Below the pieces are notes generated by a model. It worked only from the letters and a program-made list of their open reading frames with translations. It searched no databases and had not been told where the DNA came from. The position numbers and the translations under genes were made by a program. This document shows, piece by piece, positions 35,956 to 48,000 of a DNA stretch of 64,000 nt; position 1 is the stretch's first letter; each line of letters begins with the position of its first letter. The stretch lies in assembly GCF_032062105.1 (NCBI RefSeq), contig NW_026939309.1, positions 434,001-498,000 on the forward strand, in the 5' to 3' direction. Source of the DNA: Saccostrea cucullata. Taxonomy: Eukaryota.

Positions 35956-38900
35956 TCAACGGAATTCATTTCTCAGTTTCCAGAACCCAATGCCATTGTT
36001 TCTTTCAAACACACATATTTTGTTTAACATAGCTTTGAACAGAGAAGAGTTGGACGGAGGAAGTTTGGGACCAAACTCATCCAGAATTTCCTGAGTGGAA
36101 GCCTTCCCGATCATACTACACCCAAACAGAATGAAGTTCTTAATTTCTGAGATGAGTTTGTACGAGTCTGAGTCAATCACAGTGCTCGAAGAGTTATCTC
36201 CCTCATCCTCCTCCTCCTCACCGGGTGTCGCCACTAGTTCATTTCTCTTCTTCATCTGGCTTAATAAGAGGTCAGAGGTCATGGAACTGGATGAAGTTTG
36301 TCCTGTTTTTAGATCTTTCACCACGTTGCCTACCAGAGAACCATCAAAATGCTTCACAGGTGGCTCTGAATTAGATTTCTTCAGCTGCAAAATGCAAAGT
36401 AATCATTTTATTAAGACATATTTTCTATTGTTAATTCTGGTACATGAATTATTGCTATTGACTATTGTTTAATAAAAATGATTTTATAATATATTTTGAG
36501 TACAATGAACTTTACTCCAGGTATAGATTTATTGTATATAGACTTAGCATGTGATCTGGAATCTTACAGTGGACACTGAAGGAGCAGGTTGTGTCTCCTG
36601 TTTCTTTGTGGAGTCTACCAAAATGCTGTTCTTCTTCTGTCCAAACCTTGGCCTGAAAATAGAATTAAATAAATGCTTGGATTGTTGTTGGATATTTAAA
36701 TACTTGATGTTCTTCACTATAATAAATACAAGCGCCTTACTTTTTGACCCCTGATTGGCCAGTCCAGGTAGGCAGTCCTGTAATCGCTAAGTTACACCCT
36801 GACCTTGACCTCTTCAGAGCTCGAGCAGCTTCCTTGGCAACCCTAGCCGCCTCATTCTCCACGATCATGTAGTCGTGCTTGGAAGGGTCCATAATTACAT
36901 CATGCTTCATGGCAGTGTCTATACCTGTATGTGCAGTTGTGAAAAAAATATTACAATATGGAAAAAACTATTTCTTAGCCCCAAAATTACAGGTTTTAAG
37001 CATTTTGTTTTTGATCCATGTTCCTGCATGTCTTTCACTTTGTTTTTCATCACTATCTCATGAAAATAGGGCCTTGGTCAAAGTATAGGCAAAAGCAATA
37101 CTGACTGAGATCAATATCATATATATAAAGGTCAAAGAGTAAAAAATTCAATGATGAATCTGTTACTACATGTATTAAACAAAAGCCACTTCTGAGGTCA
37201 CAACATACAACTGTATCTTGTTTTACCTGTGAAAAGTAATTTTAAAAGGCCTTCGACGTACAAATTGTTACACACTGTATTTGCATATCTGTGTGTCTTT
37301 ATACTGACCTTTTTTGAAGAGTTTGTGGAGAACGTAATCATCCATGATCTTCTTCTCTTCCTCTTCCTTCTCCTGGTTCTGTTTGTACACGTCCTGCTTC
37401 ACAAGATGAGGGATCTTCTTACCCTCAAATTCTGCAAATATGTCAGATACAAATAAATAATTCCCTTCAAAGAGAGATGGCACCTTGAAAAGAAAACAGC
37501 AGCGATGTAAGAATCTCATATTACCGGCGTCTCGGACCTTCTTCCGATGCTTGTGCTTATGATGCTTGTGATGTTTCTTATGGTGGGAGTGTCTGTGATG
37601 AGATGATGATTTGTTTTGATGATGAAGACTAGATGTGGTTTTATCACTTTGTTTATCATGACAGTCCCTGTCATTAGAGTCATGCCTGACTGATTTCTGG
37701 GAACACCCTTGACTCGTGGATGGTAACTGTGAATTGTCACTCTCCATTATGCTACTATGAACAGAATCCTTTGAATCCTCAGATCCATGAGCTGAACTGT
37801 CACTCTTCATCTGATCAAGATTCCTAGATTCCAATGAACCATTTCTCACAGCATTGTTTGCTATGGCACTACCACTGCTTGGCACTTTTTCAGAAGACTT
37901 TGATTTCATTAGTTTACAACTGAGCATTTTTGCCAGCTCCCTCATTCGTTTGATCTCACTCTCATCAAAATAAGGATCCTCCTCTTCTTCTTTCACTTCT
38001 TCTTTCATTGCTTCAGCCTTCTTCTTGTCTTGCAGAACATCAAACCGATTGGCTCTCTCTTTGACCTCTGATCTCTTGACCTCTGACCCTGTTCCAGCAA
38101 AGATGGCCCCTGTTTCTGTTCCTTCTTTGTTGCCTTTACTTCCAAGTTCAAACAATTCATAAAGGTCATTGGATTTGAAGAATCTCCTCTGTTTTGGATC
38201 CTTTAGGACTCTGTTGGTCAGAAACTGCTTGAAGATTTGTCTAGTAATAATAAGAAATTATTTTGTTAAATAGAGACAAAGGAAAAAAAAGTTTGTGTAA
38301 AAGGAACACTGACAGAGTAGTCATTTACACAAATCCTACCTGTGGTAGATTTTCTCCTCTATGGTGCCGGAGGTCAGTAATCTATATATAGTAACTTGCT
38401 TGGTTTGACCAATCCTCCAGGTCCTCTCTCTGGCCTGTGTGTCTGTGCTGGGGTTCCAGTCAGGGTCAAAGATAATCACCCTGTTGGCCCCCGTCAGGTT
38501 AACACCCAACCCTCCCACGCGGGTCGTCAGCAGGAACAGGTAGATGGAGGGATCCTAGAGTAGTGAGGGATTTATAAACTATACAATTATGTATATAAAT
38601 CAGGTAGAATAAATTCATAGAAACTTCTTCAAGTGATACTTGTACAAGTTTCCCAATGAATAAATCTATAGCATAAAATTACACATTGTACTTACAATTC
38701 AATTTTTTTGAAAATGAATTTTGTTTAATGAATGGCTAAGCTTCAATAAAATTTGTACAGTACCTGGTTATAAGTGGTTATCATGGCCTGCCGTGAAGAG
38801 ATAGGTGTACCACCATCCATCCTAAGATAGCTGTAGTTACGACTTTGTGTGAAAGACTCTAAAATGTCCAACATCTGCAATACACATAATCTATGGATAA

Positions 38901-41900
38901 AACACAAATACTAGTTCTAATGAAAGCATAGCTGTATATCATAAACAGAATTCTTGTAAGCTGAAATAATTCTTCAATGGTTTAAAAGGAAAGTAAACTG
39001 AGAGAGTTAATAAATCTCTGCTACTTACAGCTCTGCTCTGACTAAACAGTAGAACTCTGTGTCCCTGTTGTTTCCATAATTTCAGAAGTGCCTCCACCAC
39101 TATCATCTTCCCTGACCGCTTCCAGTAGCCATACTCCAGGGACGGGTCACCCTGTGTGTCCTCACCAATGAAAAGCTTAGGTCCACCCGTACAAATGTCG
39201 GGGTGATTACAAATCTTCCTCAGGGTGATCAGGCCAGCAAAGATCTGCAAGGCAGCAAAGTAAACTTAAACTAAGTCATTATGAATTGATTGAAATTTAC
39301 AAGATATAAAATTAATTCATTACTTTTCCTGTGATTATAACAGTATATTGTATGAATTCTTCAACATTCTTGGTCTCCATTACCTGGTATTTCCCGGCCA
39401 GAATAGCCTGACACTCCCTAGACTGGAGATACTCTAGGTACACGTCTCTCTGTTCATCAGTCAGTCTGCAGAACAGTACCTGAAAAACAACCTCCTTCAC
39501 GTAACAGACGAAAATCAAACCAAACTACACCAACTGGAAAATAAAATGCTATACCAGTCCTCCTTGAAAAATTCTGTACACAAACACTTATACAGTGTAC
39601 TTACTTGTTCATTTTTACTTGGGAGGTTAATTTTGACATCAGCTTTCATTCTCCTCAGTAAATATGGATTGATGGTGTCTCTCAACACACAGGCACACTT
39701 GTACGCTGTCTGAACCTGCTCAAACATTGCTTAAATATTAGACACCTATCTTGTAACTATCAAAGTTGTTAAAACAGCTTCTGATGTTGAACATTGCTTA
39801 CCTGCATTTCTGTGGCATTGGCATATCCTCCCTGAACTATTGGAATTGAAAAGTGCTGCATGAAGTCTGGCAATGTGCCAAGTTTTCCAGGAAATACAAA
39901 GTCAAACAAGGACCATAACTCCTTCAGGTTGTTTTGGATAGGGGAACCAGACAAGATGATTCGATGTGGAGTCCGAAACTGAAAGTCAAAAAATCAGAAT
40001 AAAATTAATGTTTCCATATCCTGAAACATACCCCAATACTGTCAATGGGAATAGATGATGACCAAAACTTTATATTGCTTTCATTTGATTCATATTTTTA
40101 ATTCTTAATTAATTGTGTACAGAAAGACTAGGGTGAATATTTGCTAAATCTGAACTCTATATCACTTACCCCAACCCCAACAAGTGCCTAACTTCATACT
40201 GAAGTCCTATTTACCTGTTTGCATGCCTGTGTTACTTGAGCGTCGGGGTTCCTAATTTTGTGGCCCTCGTCGAGCACCACGTAATGCCAGTCGTACGGCA
40301 GGATCTTGTCCTGGTGGATAACCAGGGTACTGAAGGAAGTTATGAGGACCCCCTTATCCTTCACAATGCTCCAGATCAACTCCTCCTACAAAATACCAAC
40401 TAAGACAGTTAGCTCATCAGCTTTCAGTACACGTAAATGTTATTTAAATATCTGTTTATTGCAATTTCCTCCCATTGAAACATTCTCTGTACAGATTCAT
40501 CTGAATTTAAGGCTTGATTCCAATACACAATCCATAAGTGTAGAATGACTCAACTTAAATAACAGCAGAGAAAATACCAGAGGTTCTGAAATGTCAGACT
40601 TACCTCATTCCCAGTGAAGGATCCAGAGGAGTGCAGAATGGCCACCCTGAACAATGGCCACCACTTGTGAAACTCTTTAACCCACTGAGACATCACTGTT
40701 GTTGGTGTCACAATGACTGTAGGCCCTAAACCACGGTATCTGTAAAGTGAGACAATCCATGATAATTCCAATCTTCATTTTATCTATCGATTTCCTGTGT
40801 TTTGATTGGACGAGAACACGTTCCAGAAAATTTTTACACATCGATAAATTCTTTCAATCAGAACAGTTACTACTTTCTTGATGACACTACTAGGTTATCG
40901 TATAAACAATGAAAGCAGTTATTTCTGTTTTATTTTACAAACTTTAACTAATTAGGGCTTAAACAAAACTGGCAACATATAAGACTGCCCAACTGATGGA
41001 CGCCGTGAAAATGTTTATGTCACTGTCCGATCACGAGTGTGAATTTTAAAAATCGCTGTCTCAACGTTCATACGTAGAAAATAAAGTCTGTATCGTTTTG
41101 ACAGGGAAAAGAAACGTACCTCAAACTCTTGCCCTATTAGCATCAAATTCATATTTACTTTCTATATTGTTCCTCAATATTTGAATAAACAAGTGCAAAT
41201 TGAAGGCGTCGTCGGTCTACTATGAGAGTTGTTGTTTATGTCAACATGGCCATGGTCAAAGACGAACTATTCTGAAGTAAACTCGTAATTACGATATTTG
41301 TTGACTTAAACAACATTCGATTAGTTGTTATAAGTTTATTTAACGATTGTTTTGACAATTTAAGTTGAACTCCGAAATTCATCTCGATTACGTCACACGG
41401 TAAAACTCTCTGAAATAACGGATTGTATGGAGGCCTCAAAGAGAAATAATTTAAATATTTTTAAAAATTCGATATTGGAATTATAAGGATTAAACGTTCT
41501 TTTTGAAAAATTTACATATATAAACTCTTGACATTTTATCACAAACTAAATAAAAGTGCTTCGCACTTTTTAAAATGCAGTTTACACATCGATAAATTTT
41601 TCAAAAAGAACGTTTAATCCTATATTAAACCTGTTTAAACCTGTGAATTTGTGTACAAAAAAAATATTTCCTGCACTTTTTGAAATAATTGTTTTAAAAC
41701 AATAAGTGCAAAACAATTGTGAATACTTTAACCTACTTGAAGTGTTTTGAGACAATTTTGCTCTGTCTCAGGGCCGCCAGGAACGCAATCATCTGGATGG
41801 TCTTGCCCAGCCCCATCTCGTCTCCAATTATGCCCCCCGCTGACTGACAGTGTAGCTCCCATAGCCAACTCACACCCACTCTCTGATAACTACATGAAAA

Positions 41901-44623
41901 TTGATAAGTATTTATTTGGCATTAGTTAGAACATGTACACATATATAAAATTGATCACTGATACATTTGCAGCCCGAGATCTTTGATTAATTATTTGAAA
42001 CTGAATTCCTTGCCTCCTTAAATGAAGTGTAATACTGTAAAAATCAGGTATGACAAATACATGTATCTTATTTACTGACTATTCTGATCTATCTTTCAAA
42101 TATTACACTGAAATCAGAATGAATACTTTTATTGACAAGTGTTGTTTTTTCTCTCTGTACTTGACCACTGTTACTTACTTGAATAACTTGGACCAGATCC
42201 TGCCTGGTACTCGCAGACCTCCCTCTAGTTCTTCATCAAGCTCCTCCTCAATCTCACCCATCTCCACTTTCTTTAACCTCTTCCTCTCAAGCTTGTTAAA
42301 TTCCCTGTAAAATTAATTAATACTGTAGGCTGTGTGAGATTAATTTGAACCATGTTTGTAGTTAAAAATATTAAACACAAACAACTTAATGCAAATTTAA
42401 GGCATATACAGTAATGGCAATCAGTGAAATCAATTTAATTTTCTGCCTTCATATTAATCAGAAACAGTGAATTTTATGAAATTATGATGTAACATTACAT
42501 GTATTTATTCAAAAATTTGATGTCAAATTAAGCTGTTTTTCTAAAAGAAAATTCTTCCAGGACTTCTCATATCTTACTCAATACGGCTGTGATAGAAATC
42601 CTCATCACCATCGTCTTTGCCTTTTCGCTCTGCAATGTCCCGATTAATTTTCCTTTTGCTTGCCACAGCAAAATCCTCCTCCTCACTTGACACCATATAT
42701 TTTGGCGGTTTCTTTGGTTTTATTAATGACCTCTTTTTCTTTCCCTTCTTCTCTTCTATTAATGGTTTAAAATCCAAAATGATTTAATTAATTACATGTA
42801 TATAGCCTGAGATCCCCTGCTTTTATCATATGCTGCTATACCCACCCATTAAAATAATTAGGTGTATCCTTACTTGATATCTCTGGTTCGTCCTCTAGTC
42901 CCGAGTCCTCGGAGCTCTGTCTTGTGAGCTCCCCCTCCTCTGGTCGGTACTCCTCCCCGTCCGACAAGTCACCCTCTGGGTCGTCATAGTAACAGTTCTC
43001 CTCATCACTCATGGCCGAATCTTCACGGAAATTACTGGATATCCTAGAGTATCTCCTCTTACTTCTGTAATTGTGTTTGTAAAATGCTCCCTCCACATCA
43101 TTCCGGTAATTTTTCTTGTCTCTCGAGTCAAAAAAGTTTTCTGATCTGTCGGTACTTTGTGATGTTGAAGCTGCTGAATTTACCTGAGCCTTCATTCCAT
43201 GGCTGACAGAAGAATTTGATCTTTCAGGAGATTCTTTACTTCTTACTGTTTCCTTTGATGAAACACTCTGTAAATGTTTGTTACTTATGTTAAATGTATG
43301 TGCAAAAGCTTCCTGACAGAAAATTACCGGTATGCAAAATTTCTTTTCGGCATAGCAGATAGTTGATTTACTACTTTTTCTTCTTTTAAATAAAAGAGAA
43401 AAGTACACAAGTGTTCTAATTTCTACCACATTCAGCCACTACCTCTGCAGATTTTGGATCCTTGTCTGTTGATGATGAGACAACAGTTCCAAAAGGAGTC
43501 ATCTGTCCCAGTCGAATCATCTTTTCCTTTTCTGTCTCAGATTTAGAATTCAGTCCTAATAGCTTGTTCAGAGCAGCTCCATCTAAATTTAATGAGTAAA
43601 ATATAATTTTCTTGTAGTAAACATAGGTTGCTATATATCATAATCATAATTATTTTAATAGGTGAAAAAGTTACCTTGTTTAAAAACATCCTGTGGAATA
43701 TCTGATGTCCCATTCATTTTGATCTGTATTGCTCGCTGTCTTGCATACAAAGTTTTCAGTTGACTTAGCTGTAAAGTAATTCAAGTTAATTTAGCATATT
43801 TTAAACAATGAATATAATCAGGATATTTTAATTAAATATAGATGTCAACATGTGAGATTTACCTTAATTTCCTTCTGATTCTGGACAGAGACCAGTCTGT
43901 TTCTCACATGACTGTTTCCTGCTGCATTTCCCAGAGTTGACAAAACTTTGTCCATAGTTTCGACTTCCTTCTTAACTTTACTTTAAACATAAATAAAATA
44001 ATTTAAATGAGATAAATCACGACCACATAAATTAAATCACATAAATATGTATAAAATATTTGTTTTCTACTCACGCTATATCATATTTGATGTCTGTCTC
44101 TTCCTTCTGAAGCTTCCTTTTCTGCTGTTCTTCCTCTTCTTTAGCCAAAGCCATATCTACCTGAGCCATCACACCTGTTTGACAAAAATCCATTGATTCC
44201 TCATTAAAGTACATGTAATGGCATTTTTGTTCTAATACAAAGGATGAACATGTGAATTACATTTTTGAAAAGGTGTATATTCTTAGAGGGTTTTTATTGA
44301 TAGTTGATTTTGATCATATAGAAGGAAATATCCCTACCCCTAGTTTTATTCCTACCCAACCCCCTCATTTTATACATACCTTCCTCAAATTCTTCTTGAT
44401 TGAAGACAGTCAGGCCGAGATCCCCCAGTTCACTGTCTTCATTCATTTCTGCGAGTTCCGCAGAAGGAATTAGTGTCCTGTCGACATGGAATCTAGTCTT
44501 GGAGTCCTCCTCCTGGGCATTAGATTCCTCCTGACCAGATTCTGGGGGACATTCCCCTTTCACTGAACCACTGCAGCCATCCATCTCACCCGGGATGTAT
44601 GAGGTTGGTTGTATTTCACTCAT
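35956..44623 (-). CDS. ERCC6: DNA excision repair protein ERCC-6 / Cockayne syndrome B (SNF2 ATPase), multi-exon
   Basis: [117 protein letters not shown]-terminal winged helix/UBD ([20 protein letters not shown]). Confidence 0.97.
40775..41623. mobile_element. Crypton-like non-autonomous repeat in an ERCC6 intron
   Basis: No TIR or TSD. An 18-bp direct repeat TTTACACATCGATAAATT lies near both ends (40833, 41581), and a perfect 29-bp inverted repeat spans 41486-41514 / 41593-41621. Boundaries are approximate and the class is inferred. Confidence 0.5.
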
Positions 44624-44879
44624 TTTAAACGCCTTTTTTGACTTCCAGCTTAATGGAAATAAGTTAATCAATGTGGAGTTTCACTATGAAGATCTACTTT
44701 TCCATTCTTTCTATAATATTATACGTCCAATTCACAGCATGTAGAAACACTGCTTCTTCAACAAGAAAGATTTCATAACAAACCTTCTCAGTAATGTCGC
44801 TTATGCACATGAAGAAAATAATTTTTTTTTAAATAATATCTTATGTCCTATTAGACTTAATTAGTTGTCTTACAAATCG

Positions 44880-45005
44880 ACTTATTCAAAATACTTTTGT
44901 CAAGATTATTTTTAAGATAAATGATAAATTTGTGTATAAATTATTTATCTTATGAAACGTAAGCGACTAAGATTTACTTCCGGTGTAAACAAAAAGTTGA
45001 GAGAA
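44880..45005. promoter_or_regulatory. Probable ERCC6/ASPSCR1 bidirectional promoter with an ETS/GABP site
   Basis: The ATGs are ~380 bp apart on opposite strands; ACTTCCGGT at ~44976-44984. Confidence 0.6.
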
Positions 45006-48000
45006 ATGTCGACTGTTCAAGTCCTATGCCCCAACGGCCGGCGACAGAACGTAAAAGTTACACCAAATACGAAACTCCTTCAGGTGAAAAACAAAACGAC
45101 ATTTTTGTTAAACTAATTTCAAGCAAATGGTTGACATTTTTAATGACATGTCAAACTGTGTTCTTTTTGAAGTTTCAAATTTGCATGTCATCCTTGGACA
45201 ATCCACTCATTTCATTAGCATTTGACATCCTACTTCAGACTATGTTAAAATTAAAAAGATTTTGAACTCAATATTAAGGTATCTTTAGTGATGTTTGAGT
45301 TAATCAAGTTATCAGTTTTATATATGTGACGCGCCAAGCAAAAACCTCCCTTAACGAAGAATTTTGACATTTTCAGTTTTTCATTGATTCTTGTAGAGTT
45401 TTTCTTTCTCTTTCATTTGATGTATAACATGACATATATTTCTGTGTATAAATGTATAAAATATCACAGGACAAAGACGGAATATTTATATGACTTGCAG
45501 TGTACGCGTGTGTAACTGCATGAATTTTCATAACGTAAAAAATCGTAAATGACGTAAAGCTATATAATAATTTGATGATATTTAGATTATCAAACTTTTG
45601 ATTTGATTCCCTTAAAAGTATCAACAATTAAGATTTTTCATCTTGATTATAGAAAATAAACATTCTGAAGTATATCTTTGAGTAATTGAGAAACGAAAGA
45701 CGAGTGGGGGGTGGGGGGTCGAAATGATCGTCAAGGAAAAAAAAACAAAACTCAAGACAACATCAAAAATCTCCTCTTCCTCTGGGAGAGTTTTCAATTT
45801 ACGGCTTTTCAATGCAGTAAAATGGCAGAAATCTACATCACTGCAATAGTAAAAGAAAGCAACATTTGGATAAAAAAAAATGCTATTGTGGTAGTACAAA
45901 CGACACACGTACGACTTCCTAGTAGCTTGGGCTAGTGGGTTAACCCTTAAGCTTATTCGGTAAAGCACAGAGGCCTCGGGTTCAATCCCAATTAAGCAGA
46001 TGCACCTATTTGTCACTGTTATTCTAACAAAGTATATATTTTTTAAAAAGTTTGAGACAGCCATTAACACCCCCTCCCCCCCGGACATTGAAAGTCTATA
46101 CAATACACAGAATAGATAGAAAGTATTGTCATAGTTCATGTTTTAAATACCTGAAATTTTAAAGAGTTTAACAGGTTTTTTTCTATCTAAAGGAAAAATA
46201 ACATTTCTTGTCCCACAAGTTAACTATTTACATGTTTTAGTTTCGAATGTTTTAATACTGAAGACTTTTTGGCTTATTGAAAAGATATTCTCCACCCAAG
46301 AATAAATTATATTTGTTTCTTCTAGTAGAGTTTGATCCTTTTTTCTTCAGGTGTGGTTATGAAATGAGTCTTAAGTTTCACAAGAAGAACTTGAAAGTTG
46401 TCAAACTTGTTTCCGATCCGTTTGTATAATTCAATAAATGCGTGTTTAAATCAAATCAGTAAATATTACGTGCATCAAATGTTAAAGTGTTCAATCATTT
46501 TTTCCTGGTAATTTTTTAACATTTGATTCATTTTTCCTGGCCTTCCGTTTTCTATTGTATATTTATGTTTAAATTCTTAAAAATAAATATATTTATATAC
46601 TAGTATTTATAATTATTTTCGTAAATGCGTCTGCATACTTTTTAGTGAATCAGAATGTAACACCATCCCCACTCTATAAAATATATGTTTTTTTAAATCT
46701 TGTTAAATGAAAAAAAAATCCGCAATTTATATGTATGAAGTTAATCATGAATTAATTTTGAACCGGTCATTGTATATAAGCCGAATAATAAATCACAATA
46801 CCAGAATAAATATGAATCCCACAAGTGATCACACACACACGTACCACCGGTACACTCCACAACTTCATTTCTAGACATAGAATATAAGGCACAGTCTTCA
46901 CCAAATCCTGGGAGCCTGAAGCCCGCGCCTGGTAAAATTGGTAGCGGGCATGTGGAAATGGCACACTAACAAGCCCAAAGGGCATGTAAATTCTGAGACA
47001 TAAGCCTCCGTATTATCAAATTAAATAATACCAATAACATTAAATATACTTGTACTTAGAAGTCTTTGATTTTCCTTCTAAACAGCTTCAAGCACAGAAG
47101 AAAGTTTTAGATACAGTTCTACAGGAATGAAAAACAATATTAAGGGCAATACAATAGATTGATAGAAATTGGTTTTGTATCATCTCCTTGGTGTGAAACG
47201 GCAAATAAGAATAAAATTACTAAATACAATTCTGGGCATGTAAATATTTGTTCGGGCTAGTGTAATTAGAGGTTACAAATGCCCGAAGGACATGTACTGA
47301 GAAAAAGATTTTGTGAAGACTGAAGGCATATACTAAGCTTCACTGTTACCTTCCTGAGAAAGTACATGCACACATTATGATTTATTTTAATCATATTAAA
47401 TGCTAGTTGCATTTTAGCATAGGTTAAAACACGCATGTTAAAAATAGCAATAGAAAGTAAGAAAACGGGTAAAACATTCTTAATATTCTTCGATCATCGT
47501 AAACGGGATGGGGGGGGGGGTCTAGCTATGGACATTTACGCTTAATTGATTACCTGAATTAATTAAACAAGAACAAAGCACACATGTACAATCTTTAGCT
47601 GTAACTTTTGTTATTTTTTTTTAAATATTAACTAATTGTTGTAATTTATATACATTTTTTTTATACACGAGAAGCTGTATGAATGGGTTAGTTGATCAAG
47701 CACGCAATATTCAAGGCGACCAACATGTATTTTTTATGTTCGATAAATTCTTTATCTTAGAATATAGAGCGTTTTGATCATTGACTTATGTAAAATATAT
47801 TCAGATATTTATATCCTCCAACTTCCATATATCTTGAACAAATATAGGCATATTACCACGGATTAACATATTTTGTGCAGATTTGTACCGTACTAATTTT
47901 GCACTAAACTGCCCATACATGTACATGTACGCATATTCAATACAACTTTTGCAGGAAAATCTTATTGACATTGTTTAAGTTTTTTTTACATGTATACATT

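Noticed and set aside
37432-37524. Stop-free in-frame introns (93 nt in ERCC6; also 132 nt at 11185-11316 in RICTOR) as exitrons
   Set aside because: Short introns are stop-free by chance fairly often, and the conserved protein motifs join across them when spliced.
42750-42790. Non-canonical acceptor in ERCC6 suggested by the ORF start
   Set aside because: A canonical in-phase TAATAG acceptor lies a few codons downstream.
35956-44623. A CSB-piggyBac (PGBD3-like) fusion exon in an ERCC6 intron, as in primates
   Set aside because: No transposase ORF or TTAA/CCC-ended element is present in any ERCC6 intron.
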